Notes under the pieces: model-generated
The model's input: the letters and a program-made list of their open reading frames with translations, nothing else
Database searches by the model: none
What the model was told of the DNA's origin: nothing
Assembly: GCF_026210795.1 (NCBI RefSeq)
Contig: NC_089435.1
Location: 3,844,001 to 3,908,000 of the forward strand
Direction: 5' to 3'
Length of the DNA stretch: 64,000 nt
Origin: Rhizophagus irregularis
Lineage: Eukaryota
Program-made: the position numbers and the translations under genes
Part shown: positions 1 through 17,100 of the stretch, in pieces
Layout: every line of letters begins with the position of its first letter
Position numbering within the stretch: the stretch's first letter is position 1

Positions 1-48
1 TTATACTAACGTATTTATCATCATATTTATTCAATGATTATTATTTAG

Positions 49-788
49 ATTTGATAAACTTCTTTATCTTGGAGTAAGTCAAGATCACGAATCACAACTT
101 AAAATAATTCAAGCATTAACAAGAAAGTATGCAATTTTTTCATTTTTAATCATAAGAATACTTCTGGACATTTAAATAATTTTTTCGAAAATTTATTTTG
201 TTAGGTTCCGTTTACATCCTTCATTGGACCTTGGAGTTGTCGCAAAGAAATGTCCTTTTAATTATACAGGTGCTGATTTTTATGCACTTTGTTCGGATGC
301 AATGTTAAAGGCAATGTCAAGAACAGCTGAAGCTATAGAAACCAAAGTTGGTACGTATTATGTAATGAGCGAGATTTTTTGTCCCATTTGATGAACTAAT
401 TTATTTAAATTTGATTTTTAAAGCTGAAATAAATGCCAATCCATCATCAAAATTTCCTAAACCTATTAATTCGCAATATTATCTTAATCATCTGGCTACG
501 CCTGAGGATACTCTGGTTGAAGTTAATCAAAACGATTTCGATAGAGCCTTAGCTGAGTTAGTACCTTCAGTCTCCGAAAAAGAATTAGAACATTATAAAA
601 TGGTAAAAATGAGATTTACTCAACAAGAAGTAAATAAGTTCGAAAGGAACAATGAACAGAATTTGCTCGCCGAAGAAGAATATTCTAACATTAACATTAT
701 TAGCGGTGGGAGTGGAACTATCGATTTTATTGGAAATAACAATGAAAAGTCGCAAGAGGATAAAAAAGGTAAAGCAAAAGTCGGTTGA
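49..788 (+). CDS. PEX6: Peroxisomal AAA ATPase PEX6, 3' exons only (gene starts upstream of the window)
   Basis: Spliced exons 49-126, 205-350 and 424-788 (GT-AG) read FDKLLYLGVSQDHESQLKIIQALTRK|FRLHPSLDLGVVAKKCPFNYTGADFYALCSDAMLKA...LVPSVSEKELEHY. The GADFYALCSDA and PSVS..EL..Y motifs are typical of the Pex6 D2 AAA domain. Confidence 0.9.
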
Positions 789-2173
789 TTAATAGAAATC
801 TTATTCCTGATTTGTTGAGCTTTTTGTAATACTGCGGCAAAAATTACCTTCTTGAGTCCTCGTATTACTTTCTTGACCCGGTCAAAATATGCATGATTAT
901 GTATGACAAACATATTCTTTTCTTGACTCGAAACTCGATAACTGATAGTGTGATAAACAAAAAAGAATATTTAATAAGAATAACAATAACTTGTTAAAAA
1001 CTTTGCTGTTTATATTGTTTTATAATATATGATAATGTTTTAGTGTAACAAAAATTTTTTAAAAAATAAGTACCGTATTATTTTTTCATTAAGTATTATA
1101 AATCTATTTATAATATTAATGTCTTGCAAAATTCTTTTTGTGTCTACACTCTTGTAAAAGAAATGAAATAACAACGTGTTAATGTTTTTTAATTTCGAAA
1201 AAGAATATGTTTGTCATAAGGTAATTTTTGCAATACTGCGGGTTCTTTGATTTTATTGATCGCGTATTCGCGTGAGTTGGCTGATTTGTTATGTTTATAC
1301 CAAAAAAGGAAATTATTAACTAAATAAGTTGACCTGTAAATAAAAAAAACCAGATTATTTCTAGAAAAGGCAAAATCCGGAATTAACATTAGCAAATTTA
1401 ATAAATTAACGGCAAGTCATTACTATAAGTGGAGAATAAAGCATAGCCTTATTTCCAGAAACAAATTGTTCTTTTACGAATACGAGAAAACCATTTTAGG
1501 CTAGTCCCAAATCATTTATCGAAAGTGTTACTTTTATTCTTTGTCTTACAACTCCATCTTCCGCAATTAAAGATCCGTAAACAACAATGTAATGAATTTT
1601 CAAAATTGTTATATTTTTACGGAGCACGACGATTTATCCTAAATCCATAATTGATAAATTAATAAATTACGACCGCAGTCGAATAACCAAAATTTTGTAT
1701 TGAACCCAAATTTATCCACAATAATTATATATTAATATTATTAATATTTTGCGTAATTTTTTAATGAAAGAAAATTATACTAGTAATTCCAAACAAACAA
1801 TGATATCCTGAAATAATTTAATTGTGTCGATTACATGATTATTGATTATTTACATCATTCAAACACCAGCATGTCATACACTCCTTATTCTAAAAAAATC
1901 GCCCAATAAAATTTCAATGAATTTCTACTTAAAGTTACAAGAATTCTTTGTTTTTTTTTTGGTTTTTTCTTGTTGAAACAAAAAAAAAATTTTATCGTTA
2001 TCGTCGCTATTCATTATTTTATTTGCGAAATATAATATTAATTTTTTAAAAAAAACTCCTTAAATAAGGTTGGTATAACTTTTTCAGGTTGGAAAGTGAA
2101 ATAACATTTGGACAATTCCCGTTTATATTATATTTTATTTTATTTTTATAAAAAGAGAGAAAATTCAACAGTA

Positions 2174-5100
2174 ATGGCTTCTGGAGCGACAAAAGCGGCA
2201 GCTAACATTGGTATGATAGTTGCTAAACGGCCCGAAAAGCCAGGTAGTGCTGGCAAAGTCGTTGAATTAAAGACCAACTTTATAGCAGTGTCTACTGAGG
2301 TAAATAGAATCAGTAAATATTTTATAAACTTTACATAGTGAAAAATTAAGTATTCGAATTACTTTTAATAGTTTAAATATCCGAAAGTGCACTATTATTC
2401 TTTTGAAGTTTCTGATGCGAAAAAGAAAAAAGCTGGAAGAAAGGACTCTCAGAAAGTGTTCGAGCAAATGAAAAAAAATCAAAAATTCGGTGCAAAGGCT
2501 TTACCGGTTTTCGACGGTGGGCAAGTTTATTCAATATCACAGCTTGATATAGGGCATAGAAAAGAAACAAGGAGCCATTCGGTAACATTGGAGATATCGA
2601 TTATATTTGATTATTCAATTAAGCAATAATACACTATAAATTAACTTTGTTAATGTTACGATTTAAGGTAAAAATTCCCGTGGATGCTGATGGTTCAGGA
2701 CGTGAAAAGGACTTAAAGGTTGAAGTTAAATATCAAGGAGAAATAGATTTGAGTCCTATCGGAGATTATGTTAAAGAGAAATCTACTAGTGCTTGGGATG
2801 GGAATATTCAAAGTAGTTTGACTGTCTTAAATGCTTTTGCAAATAATAAAGTCCGATTATCGTTTTTATCTGTGGGAAGAAAGGCGATATTTCCGCCGCC
2901 TCGTGATAATAGACCAATTTTTTTGCCCGGTGGTATCGAAATGAAACAGGGGTTCTATCAATCAGTAAGACCTGGATGGGGTAAATTTTTTTTTAAATTT
3001 TTTATATTTAAAGTTAACTTAAAGAAACATTGATTTCACATATTGTTAAAACTTTCGCAGGAAGGCTTACAATAAATGTGGACATATGTGCTACCACTTT
3101 TTATCCTGCGGGTCCTATAATTGATCTCATACCAAAGATTATCAAAACCAAATTTGACAGGCATGAAAAAACGAGAGATGAATTACGTAGAGGCTTGGAT
3201 AGGAGAGAAATTGATACTCTTAATAGATTTTTCAGAGGTGTCATGATTTTTGTAACTCACAGATCAGACAACCGTAAACCAAAACATAAAGTGTCTTATC
3301 TAGATTCTCAACCAGCTGATCAAGCTAAATTCAAACAAGGCAATAAAGAGATTACAATTGCTCAATATTTCAAAGAAACCTACAAACAAACCTTGCAATT
3401 TGGACGATTACCATGTATTGTTGTAATTAAACCAGACAAGACAAAAGTGTTTTTTCCTTTAGAAGTGTGCGAGATATGTCCTGGTATATTTGTATAAATA
3501 CATATTTTTTTTTGGCTTATAATAATTTTTCTTTGAAGTGAGAAAATAATTACTAATAATTACAATTTTTGTAGGACAAAGATACGAAGATAAACTTTCT
3601 GATGATGCCCGAAGGGAAATGGTTCAAAAAACTGCGATCAAACCGTGGGAAAGATTTGATCGTATCGAAACAGCTATCAAAGATATTTTTCGACATCAAA
3701 GAGACGAAAATTTGCGCTCTATTGGGATGAATGTAGACCCAGAGTTTATTAAGGTCAAAGGTAATTGTCAGAATGAATGATACAAGGTCTTGTTTTTTTT
3801 TTAACTTTTCAAACTCGACATTATAATATTAAGGTCGCGTCATTCAACCACCAAGATTAACTAATGGTACAGAAATAGTCCCGGATGGAGGACGTTGGGA
3901 TTTGAGAAAATTCATTAAAGTAAAAATTTATAACATTGAAATAATAGTAAATTTATTACTTATTTTATTAAAATTTATAATTTATATGAAATTTTTATTT
4001 ATTTTTAGTGTCCTAGGCTTCATAATTGGTCAGTAATTGTATTTGAAAACAGGAATTATGCTCCTCTAGAAATGGTCAAAAATGCTATTAGACAATTAGT
4101 CAGTTCTTTAAGTGAAAGAGGGATGGTAAGCATAACGAAAAGAAGTTGTCAAATATTTTTAAATTTAAAATTTTATCGTTTTATATTTATTTATACATAC
4201 GACACCTCTGTGTATATATATATATAGGACGTCTATCCAGATCCACCAATAGAATATGGTAACCCACAAGGCGGTTACGATAAAGTAAATTTTCTTTTTT
4301 TCTCACTTTTTTTTTATTTATATATAATTCATGAATTACTTTTTTTTCAATTTAGTCGCTATTACTTGCTGCTCAAAAAGCCAGGATAACGCGTGATAGG
4401 CCCGCACAACTCATTATTTGTGTAATTCAGAAAAAGGTCTTAGGTGCATCTGGTATTCATGCTATAATAAAACGTATTTGTGGTACTCAACTTGGTGTAA
4501 TTTCCCAATGCATTGTTGCCAACAACATGAAAGGCCAAAACCCTAGTCGGTGGAGGCAAATATGTGGTAACATTTCTTTGAAAATTAATGGAAAATTAGG
4601 TGGTAAAAATTGTGTTTTAGCTGACAGGGAACTTAATTTTGGAACGAACAAACCGGTACTTTAATATATTATCTCTATCTTAATCCTTTGTTCATAGTTT
4701 ATATTAATTTTGTGTTTATAATTGTTTCCTATAAGTATATGGTATTCGGTGCTGATGTTTTTCATCCTGGTCGTGAAGAAAAGGGACGGCCAAGTGTAGC
4801 TGCAGTTTGTGCATCAGTAGACAAGACAGTTACAAGATATGTTGGCCGACACAGTATGAATCAAAAAATAAAAAATGAAATTATCGAGAATCTCGAAGGC
4901 ATGGCAGTAGAATTATTAAATCAATTTCAACGAGAAAATAATATACTACCTTTCCAAATTGTGTTCTACCGTGATGGTGTTGCTGAAGGTCAATTTCAAC
5001 ATGTCGTCCAAAAAGAAGTAGAAGCACTAAAACGTGCTTTCAGTCGAGTTTATGGCGAAAAGGGTGAAAAAGGGCAAAAACCACAATTAACGTTTATTAT

Positions 5101-5792
5101 TGTGCAAAAACGTCATCATGCACGGTAGGTTACATTTTCTTACAACATATTTCATGGCTATTTCTATGATTTATAAATTTTACACATTTTATCTATAGGT
5201 TTATGCCTGTTCAGAGAGGAGACTCTGATAGAAGCGGTAATTGTAGACCTGGTACAATTGTGGATACTGAAATTGTGGTACCTCAAGAATTCGACTTTTG
5301 TAAATAACCAATCATTCATTTTTATTCTATAGTTATATGTATAACAACAGCACTTATGTTTAATATGTACGAATTGCATTCTATTTTAATATAGATTTAC
5401 AGTCCCACGCAAGTCCTCTTGGAACGGCTCGTCCTACGCATTATCATGTGTTATTAAATGAAGCTAATTTTCCTGTTGATGCTATACAGACCTTAACATA
5501 CAAATTATGTCATTTATCTGCCAGGTAATATATATCATTTAAGCTTATGAATAACAAAGTAAAAACTTATCATTTGCATTTAAATTTCAGATGTAATCTT
5601 GCCATATCTCATGTGACTCCGGTCCACTATGCTCATCATATTGCGAACCAAGCAAAACATTTCGTTTCATGGGATGGTTCTGGCAGTGGAAGATCAGGTA
5701 GTTCAGGTGGTCGTGGAGGTGATACTGTTCCAAATACCACCAGATGCGAGAAAATGAAATCCGGGATTGAAAACGAGATGTTTTTTGTTTAG
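2174..5792 (+). CDS. AGO: Argonaute (N-L1-PAZ-L2-MID-PIWI), 13 exons, catalytic tetrad DEDH present
   Basis: Exons ~2174-2299, 2372-2581, 2668-2980, 3061-3483, 3575-3760, 3834-3919, 4009-4125, 4228-4284, 4356-4655, 4736-5124, 5199-5299, 5395-5524 and 5591-5792 join in frame. Motifs: GFYQSVRP, PLEVC..PGQRY, LKINGKLGG, FGADVFHP, NEIIENL, FYRDGVAEGQF, VQKRHHAR, GTARPTHY, HYAHH and C-terminal MFFV. Confidence 0.96.
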
Positions 5793-6252
5793 GGGATTTT
5801 AAAGTTAAACCTACATTATATGGTCATTTATAGAATAGATACCGGATAACGAATTAAATTTTTCAAAAAAAAAATATATATATATATAATAATAATAATT
5901 AGGTAACTACTGTATTATTAATAATGTTCTTAACAAATAATTTTTCCCTTTAATATTATATACTACTATATTTATTAAATTAGGATTAAATTAGGATTAG
6001 TTCTATTTGACATTAATTGTAATTTATTTTTGCGAATTTGAACAAATATTAGATTATGTACACATATTTTTTTACTCACGGTGATTTCATATATTTTAAT
6101 AAAAAAATCAACATTGTATTAAATTTCATTCATTAAATTTTTGTATAACTTCACATTTTTTTTTATTTGATACCTAATTATTTTATAGAAAGTAATTCTA
6201 ATAAAGCTATTATATATCTTCTTAAATAATAGCTTATAAAAGTAGATTTTCA

Positions 6253-10094
<3,842 letters not shown>

Positions 10095-10122
<28 letters not shown>

Positions 10123-10221
10123 AGTATAATGTTACAAAATGAACAGAGATAGCGCGAAACCAAAGAAGTAATTTTATATAAACCATCATAACTACCATAG
10201 AAGTTGATCAAACACGCGAAA
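10095..10221. promoter_or_regulatory. Cluster of MCB/SCB-like G1/S motifs at the MCM2 5' end
   Basis: ACGCGT at 10095-10100 (intron 1), CGCGAAA at 10153-10159 and 10215-10221, in a CpG-poor context beside a replication gene. Confidence 0.45.
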
Positions 10222-10428
10222 AAAATTAGACAATATTACAACATGTTAATTACACGCAAAACTAACCTATAATTGGTAATATAAAATGTGTTCTCTCTTT
10301 GATCCGTTACGGATCTACTAGAGTTGACGAATTTGTACAGCTACAAAAAAAAATCTTCCACAAAGCGATTTACACATCTAAAAGTGTAACATGTAATGAA
10401 TATTACCATAAAAAAATGGTCAAGCAAG

Positions 10429-10471
10429 TTAGAATTAGGATTAGGATTAGGCCCGTTAGGGTAAGGGTTAG
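10429..10471 (+). repeat. Short degenerate telomere-like (TTAGGG-variant) tract
   Basis: TTAGAA TTAGGA TTAGGA TTAGGC CCG TTAGGG TAAGGG TTAG. Confidence 0.5.
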
Positions 10472-11016
10472 CAATTTTATAATTATTCTGGAAACTCTGA
10501 TTTTTTTAAATGCGCACCCATTTTTTAAAAATATATCATAATAAAAATATTTATAATGTAATAAAAATACAATTTTATATAAGTTTATATAAATCTATAC
10601 TATAATAATATTATAATTATATTTTAATTGCAAAAATATCACACCACTAGTATTCAACATCACAGTTATATGTATGTTAAAATTATTTTTATAATTTTTT
10701 TAATCTATATTATTAATAGTCTAATTAAAATGTTTTCATTAATAAAATATTATAATCCATATTGCAATATTTAATGCTATATCATATACTTTACATATAT
10801 TTTTTTAGTTTTTCAATTTTTTTTTATTTTGCAATATTTGTAATATAAAAAAAAAAAGTACTAAGTAAACTTTTCTGATCATTTAAGCTATAGTTTTTAT
10901 GAAAACACATATTATAGTATTAAATACCAGTGGTATGATTTATAAAACTTCATTAATAATATATCTTTTTTATTATAAATAAAGTATATTAACAATATTA
11001 CAAAAGCTTTTTCATT

Positions 11017-11400
11017 ATATTATAGAAAATTACTAAACTTAACCAGGGGAATTTTTCTCCCCTTTCCTTTTATTTCACTTTTTAATTAAAATGTTGATTT
11101 GGATAGTAATCTAAGAATAAAATTATATGTAAATTTATGAAAAGAAAAGGTTTTATTAAGTTGAAAAAGGTAGTTGTTCAAATAGTTTTTGAAAAAATTA
11201 CATAATTTTGATTTTTATAATTAAATTGTATTTTTCATAATAAAAAATTTTTTTAAAACCAAGAATTGCCAAATTTTTATGCAATTAATATCCAATTATA
11301 TTTATTTTATATATTTCATAAAAAAAGTTTATTTTTTTTAATTTTTAAGAGGAGGGAAAATTATCCCTCTGGTTAAGATTAGCAATACTCTATATTATAT
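11017..11400. mobile_element. Degenerate MITE-like element with ~45-bp imperfect inverted repeats
   Basis: Left end tatattatagaaaattactaaacttaaccagggg...tcccc; reverse complement of right end tataatatagagtattgctaatcttaaccagaggg...ttccct. Confidence 0.55.
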
Positions 11401-11811
11401 ATAAAAATTAAAAATTTCAATTTAATTAATTTTTAAAAATAAAAATAAATAAAAAATGCATATATAAATATAAGAAAATTACCAAATGGTAATTATCATT
11501 ATACTAGCATTAGCAAATATTAATAGTATAACTTATAGAAATTAACTAGTAAATTAACTTTATAAATTAAATAGAAAATAGTAAATATATAACTATATAC
11601 TGTATTTAGCAAAATATAAATTATATAATTAATATAATAGTTTACAATAACAAACTAAAAAGTGATAATTTATTATAGAAATAAGTAAATCTTTAAAAAG
11701 AAGTTGATCAGTTAATTGTACTACTTTAATTATTATATATAAGATTTAAAGCATTAAAAATTTTATAAAGAAATACAAAATTTTAATAAAATTAATAATT
11801 TAAAAAGAATT

Positions 11812-11950
11812 TTTCTAACTATTTTCAGAGGTGATAATCACTGGTGACTGAAATTATGATGATCAACCGACATTAAAAAAATATAGTGCTGGTAAAAATT
11901 GATAATTCTGACCAATAGGGATGATCGCTTCCAGTGATTTAAAGTAAAAA
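11812..11950. repeat. Decayed copy of the ~130-bp hairpin/MITE repeat also at 29312-29445
   Basis: Colinear match with the 29.3-kb copy: ttttctaacta...ggtga..atcac..tgactgaaattatga...gtg..ggtaaaa.ttgataattctg.ccaa...gatgatc...gtgattt.aagtaaaaa. Confidence 0.75.
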
Positions 11951-12409
11951 TCAAATAAATAAAATTTATATTTATTAAAAAAAATTTCTAATTTTAATTA
12001 AAGGTGAAATTTCTCTTATAATAAATAAGGGATAGCAAATAGAATTTTTAATAATAAAAAATTTCCAAGTTCTCAGATTAATTAATAAAAAAAGACTTTA
12101 AAGTATAATACATTGTAATAAATAAACCTAATTACTAATATAACTTAACTTAATTCTAATTCTAAACCCTATCTAATTCTAATAAATATTAGAAAAAGAA
12201 AATTTTCCTTTCAGTTAAATATAGTTATTTTCTTTATTAAATATATATATTATTTTAGTATTTAACTGGTATAAAATATACTTTATTTATAACTTTATTT
12301 TAATATTTAACTATATATTATTAATAATAAAAGTAATATTTATTTTATTTATTTAAATATTTATATATAAACTTTTTATAAAAAATATTTTTAATTATTA
12401 TTTATTCTA

Positions 12410-12680
12410 GTATTTTATATAAATTGAATTATTTAAGTTGAATTATCAAATTAAAATTTTAAATTGAATTTAAATTTAAGTTAACTATATCAAATTGATT
12501 TGAATTTAATTTAAATTTAATTTAGATTTAGATTACTTAAATCAAATTTAATAAATTCAATTCTAATTTAAATTTAAATTTTAAGTTAAATTATATTAAA
12601 TTAATTTAGATTTAATTTAAATTTAACTTAGATTTGAATTGTTCAAATCAAATACAATTTCAATTTAAATTGAATTTTAT
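12410..12680. repeat. AT-rich degenerate tandem/low-complexity repeat (aaattgaatttaaattt-like units)
   Basis: Recurring aaattgaatt, ttaaatttaa, ttagattt and atcaaat units; no ORF. Confidence 0.5.
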
Positions 12681-12855
12681 CTTATTAAAAACTAAATTTT
12701 ATTCTTTATATTTTTTTTAAAAAAAATTTACTAATATAAAAAAACTTAATTCAATTATTACTTTTAATTCTATTTATTTTTATTTATTATATAATATTTA
12801 AAAAATTATCTTATAATAATTAAATACTTCTATTTAAATATTCTAAATATATTAC

Positions 12856-13965
12856 TTAAAAATTAATATTAATATTACCATTCTTTGTATTAGCATTCAA
12901 AGTACCATTTTTATCACCAACTTTACCAGTTTTCTTTTTATCTTCACTAATAGCTACAGTAGAAGGATTATCAATATTAACTTTACCATAATCTGTCTTT
13001 GCATCATAACTTCCACTAAAACTAGAATTCTATATTAAAATTAATATTGAAAAAAAAAAATTAATACTCATTTCATGTATAATAAATAATTTTAAGATAC
13101 TTATAATACTTACGAAATTTAATTGGATATCACTAAGTGAATTTGTAATTTCAATCTTTGGATTAGTAGCATTAGAACTAATCGAAACATTTAATTGAAT
13201 TCCACCATTATTTGTAATAGCAATCAACTCATTAACAATTTCCGAAACAGAACCTGTAATACCACCATTATTGGTATTTAATGTTAAACTTCCAACTGCA
13301 AAATTATTAACATCAATTTCACCATTTACAGTTTTAGCAATAATTTGAGAAGAATAGGGTACTGGATTTGCATAAAAAACAATATCATTTACATCCGTAT
13401 CAATTGTTATAACAGAAGGAATTGTCTGCGGTAATACTACTTCTACTTTTGCTAAAACACATCTTGGTGGTAAACTAAAGTAACCTATCCATGCCAAAGA
13501 ACCTTTAAAAGTATCTGCTCGTTCCTAAAGTTAAAGAAGAATATGTTACAGTGACGTGTTATTATTTATGATACGTTTATAATACTTACGAGGAATATTT
13601 TCTTTGTAGAATCAGCATTTTCTTCTTTAATAGATGTTGTTTCATCTTTTGTAGCCACAACACGAACCGAGACAGATACATTTGTATCGCTGGTTGAATT
13701 ACTTTGTGTGACATAAATTTGACCCGTCTAAAAATAATATAATTAATACTTTTAATATCAAAAAAACATTATTTCATTATTTCAATTACTTACTTTAGTT
13801 AATATACTATTAAATGAAATAAAATTGAGAATTGGAAAAATTTTTGGATCATAAGTATGAACAGAAGGCGTAACAGTATTAATATCCACCGTTTGACTAA
13901 GTTTACCACAAACATTAACATTTACTCCCAAAATAACCTAAAAAAGAATTAAATTAATAAAACCT

Positions 13966-14006
<41 letters not shown>

Positions 14007-14164
14007 TCGTTACTTACAGCTATAATGACAAGTGAAATAACAACTAAACAACAGAAAACACCGCACAGTGTAAGGATAGGAGTCCAAATGCAACCACAAC
14101 ATCCTGTTATTGATCCTCCGGTTTGTTGTTGTTCATATTCATAATATTGCCCTTTTGAAGACAT
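12856..14164 (-). CDS. Type II membrane protein with Cys-rich N-terminal TM anchor and DUF4097/putative-adhesin-like beta-repeat ectodomain (5 exons)
   Basis: Exons ~14164-14018, 13937-13794, 13727-13589, 13524-13114 and 13029-12856 splice in frame. Starts MSSKGQYYEYEQQQTGGSITGCCGCIWTPILTLCGVFCCLVVISLVIIAVILG and has repeated (K/T)T.NG.I units (KTVNGEI, NTNNGGI, ITNNGGI, KTDYGKV, NTKNGNI). The domain label is inferred from that motif pattern. Confidence 0.75.
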
Positions 14165-17100
14165 TACTAACTAAATGTAGCTCAATTATCAAGAAAACTA
14201 AATAAAAAAAAAATGAAATGGCAATTCACTTCTCATATTCTTGTTTTTTATAAAAAAAAATTAGAAAAATTTCTATTTGTGAAAGCAAAGCCCAAAGTTA
14301 CGCGAAAATTCAACAAAAAGTCTTTAGCACATAGCCACAAATACCACCCATTTGCCACCACTGTTAATGATAAATTATTAAAAAAAGTATAAGTATTGTA
14401 TAATTTTCTTCCGTTACATAATTGTTAATTAAACATAATTTAATAAAATTATTAAAAATTATAACGAAAATATTAGAGAGAAAGTAATTATTATTATTGA
14501 ACGAGTATTTTTATTAAAGATATTTAAACATCATAATGATCATATAACAGATTGATCATTTGTTATGATCGATATTGATCATAAGTAAATATTTTTGAAA
14601 TATTTTTAAAGATCAAAAAATTTAAAATTAATAATTAATTTCACAGCCACAACACAAAAAAAAGATGCTTATGACTGATCGCGGCAATAGCAGATATACA
14701 TTTACAGATGGTGACTTAGTTGTGTAAATTCATCTTCATCAATATTAAACGAATCAAAAGAATTGTTCATAAAATAAAATACAATAAATACATTTTTTTT
14801 ACGCGATTTAAATTAATAATATATAAAATTACGTCATATTTGGGATATTCATAACACAAATGACACAAAATTAAAAAGGGATCACCTATGTTCTAAAAGA
14901 AATATTGATTAGATGATATACGTAATATAAAAGATAAGGGAAAACTGCATTAGTGAAATGGTAAAAAAATGCATAAGTAAACGAAAATCCATATTTTTTT
15001 ACATGTGAAATTAAATTTTTCAAATGATTTGCTACGCCCAATTTAATAAATTGTGACATTTGACAATATTCATAAATTATTGGTTGAACATTTTTAATAT
15101 GACTAAAATTGGTTAAATTGAACCTAATTTAATGCAGAGTTATTATCTTTTTCACAAGCACATTCTATTCTTAGGAAAGATAATAAAAGATAATAAAGTT
15201 GTGTGAGAAGAAAAATATGCATGAAATTAATACATGTTAGGAAGAAAATGAAACCAAGGGAAATAATAATCATTGATGCAATATAATTCCATTCTGAGCA
15301 AATAACCAACTAAAGTTAATACAGATTCAATAGATTAGGGAAAAAAGAGAAAGAGAAAAAGGGATGTACAATTTCAACATTTTATGCATTTTTTTCGCGA
15401 TTTTTATGAAATCTCTTTCATAAAATTCTAAAATTCTCCTCATTTCCCCGGGAATTATTTACATGATTTTTTATTGCGTCTATAATTTATGATTTTTTAC
15501 CCAAGTACGCATATATTATGCAAATAGCTGCAATGCTGCATATATGACTGATAATGATAATTATTAAAATGGAAATCAAAAAAAGGGTGATTTAGATTTT
15601 AGATTTTAGATTTAATGAGAAAATAAAGATATTCAACGTTGAAAGAAAGAAAGATATTAATTATATTAAGATCATGATGCAGAAAAAGTAATAGAAATAA
15701 CGTTTTTTTTTTTAATGCATCGCGAGAAATTACTCACTTGAGAGTTTAAACTTTGTAATGCACGTGTCAACCTTTTAATAAAAATTCAGTTTTCTTTACG
15801 AAACATTTTTTTTTTTTTTTATTTTTATTATCAAAAAACAAATATTACAAAGGATTACATACAGTTAAAAAGTACTGTACATCAAAAATAAACAAATTTT
15901 CTAAATAAGTTTTATTTTATTTTATTTTTTTTTTTATTTCTCTAAAATAAGTTATTGTGTGTGATTATCTGTTATTATAATAAACGAAAATCATTTTTAT
16001 AGACCTTAATTAGTAAAGTACAAGTGAGATTATTAAAAATTTCTACTTTTATTTTACCAAAAAAACTTTAAATTCCATTTTTTTTTGAGATCACACAAAG
16101 TTTTAAAATTAAAATTTCATTGAAGTCATTCCAGTTTAATAACCGGTTTTTTAAATCCGTGATTAATAATTTTGATTTACTAATGATCATTATATCATTA
16201 TTATCACTAAAGAAGTGATTTACGTATACTTAAATTAGAAAGTTTTTAAATTTAACGTATAATAATAATTAATAATTAAATTATTATACTTACCCTCGTT
16301 ATTAAATTAATTTTGAATGGTTGAAAAAATTTAGGAAATTTCTTTTCATTTTCAAAATATTATCATATTTAATCAATTATTTCCAAGTAATTCTTTGCAT
16401 TATAAGCAGGTGATTATATGTATTAAATGTATTTTTGAAATTTTTTATTTATTTTTATTTATATTTACAAAATACTCAGCCAAAAATAACATTATTATTA
16501 TTATTATTATTATAATACAATGAAATTGATGCTAAATTAAAACAATGTATTGATACAATGCCTTTTTCTTCACTTTCTTTCTTCTCTCTTTAGTCATACT
16601 ATATAATATTACACAATGTTTCGCTGCGAAATATTAATGCAAGGGTTTTCATGGTCTGTGTATTTTTTTTTTTAAAAAAAATTGATATTGTTCGTTTAAT
16701 CGTCACAAATTTTATTTGTGGCTGATTTTTTTTTATATCACTTTATCCCAAATTACTGGTCATAATGCATTATATTGTGGGATTGTGGGAATATTTGGGT
16801 AATATTTCCTTAGATAATGTGCATTACATCTTCTTTATTTTGCGTCTTTTTTCCGAATCTCTTTTAATATTCATTCTTTTTTCTTTTCCCCGCAAGGTTT
16901 CGGAATTCGTTATTTATTTATTATACAGTTTCCGATTTTTCCTTTAAATAGTAATTAAGTACAAAAGGTTACACGCATAATTTTTATTTCTTCATTATAC
17001 ATAATTGTTTATTAACTATCCGCAGCGATCAGCTCATTTTCAATGAATATTCATCGAATCCGCATTTTCTTTCATTTTTTTTCTATTAAATTTATTAAAT

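Noticed and set aside
10299..10541. 80-aa ORF with VRIRIRIRPVRVRV
   Set aside because: Translation of the telomere-like repeat; no coding evidence.
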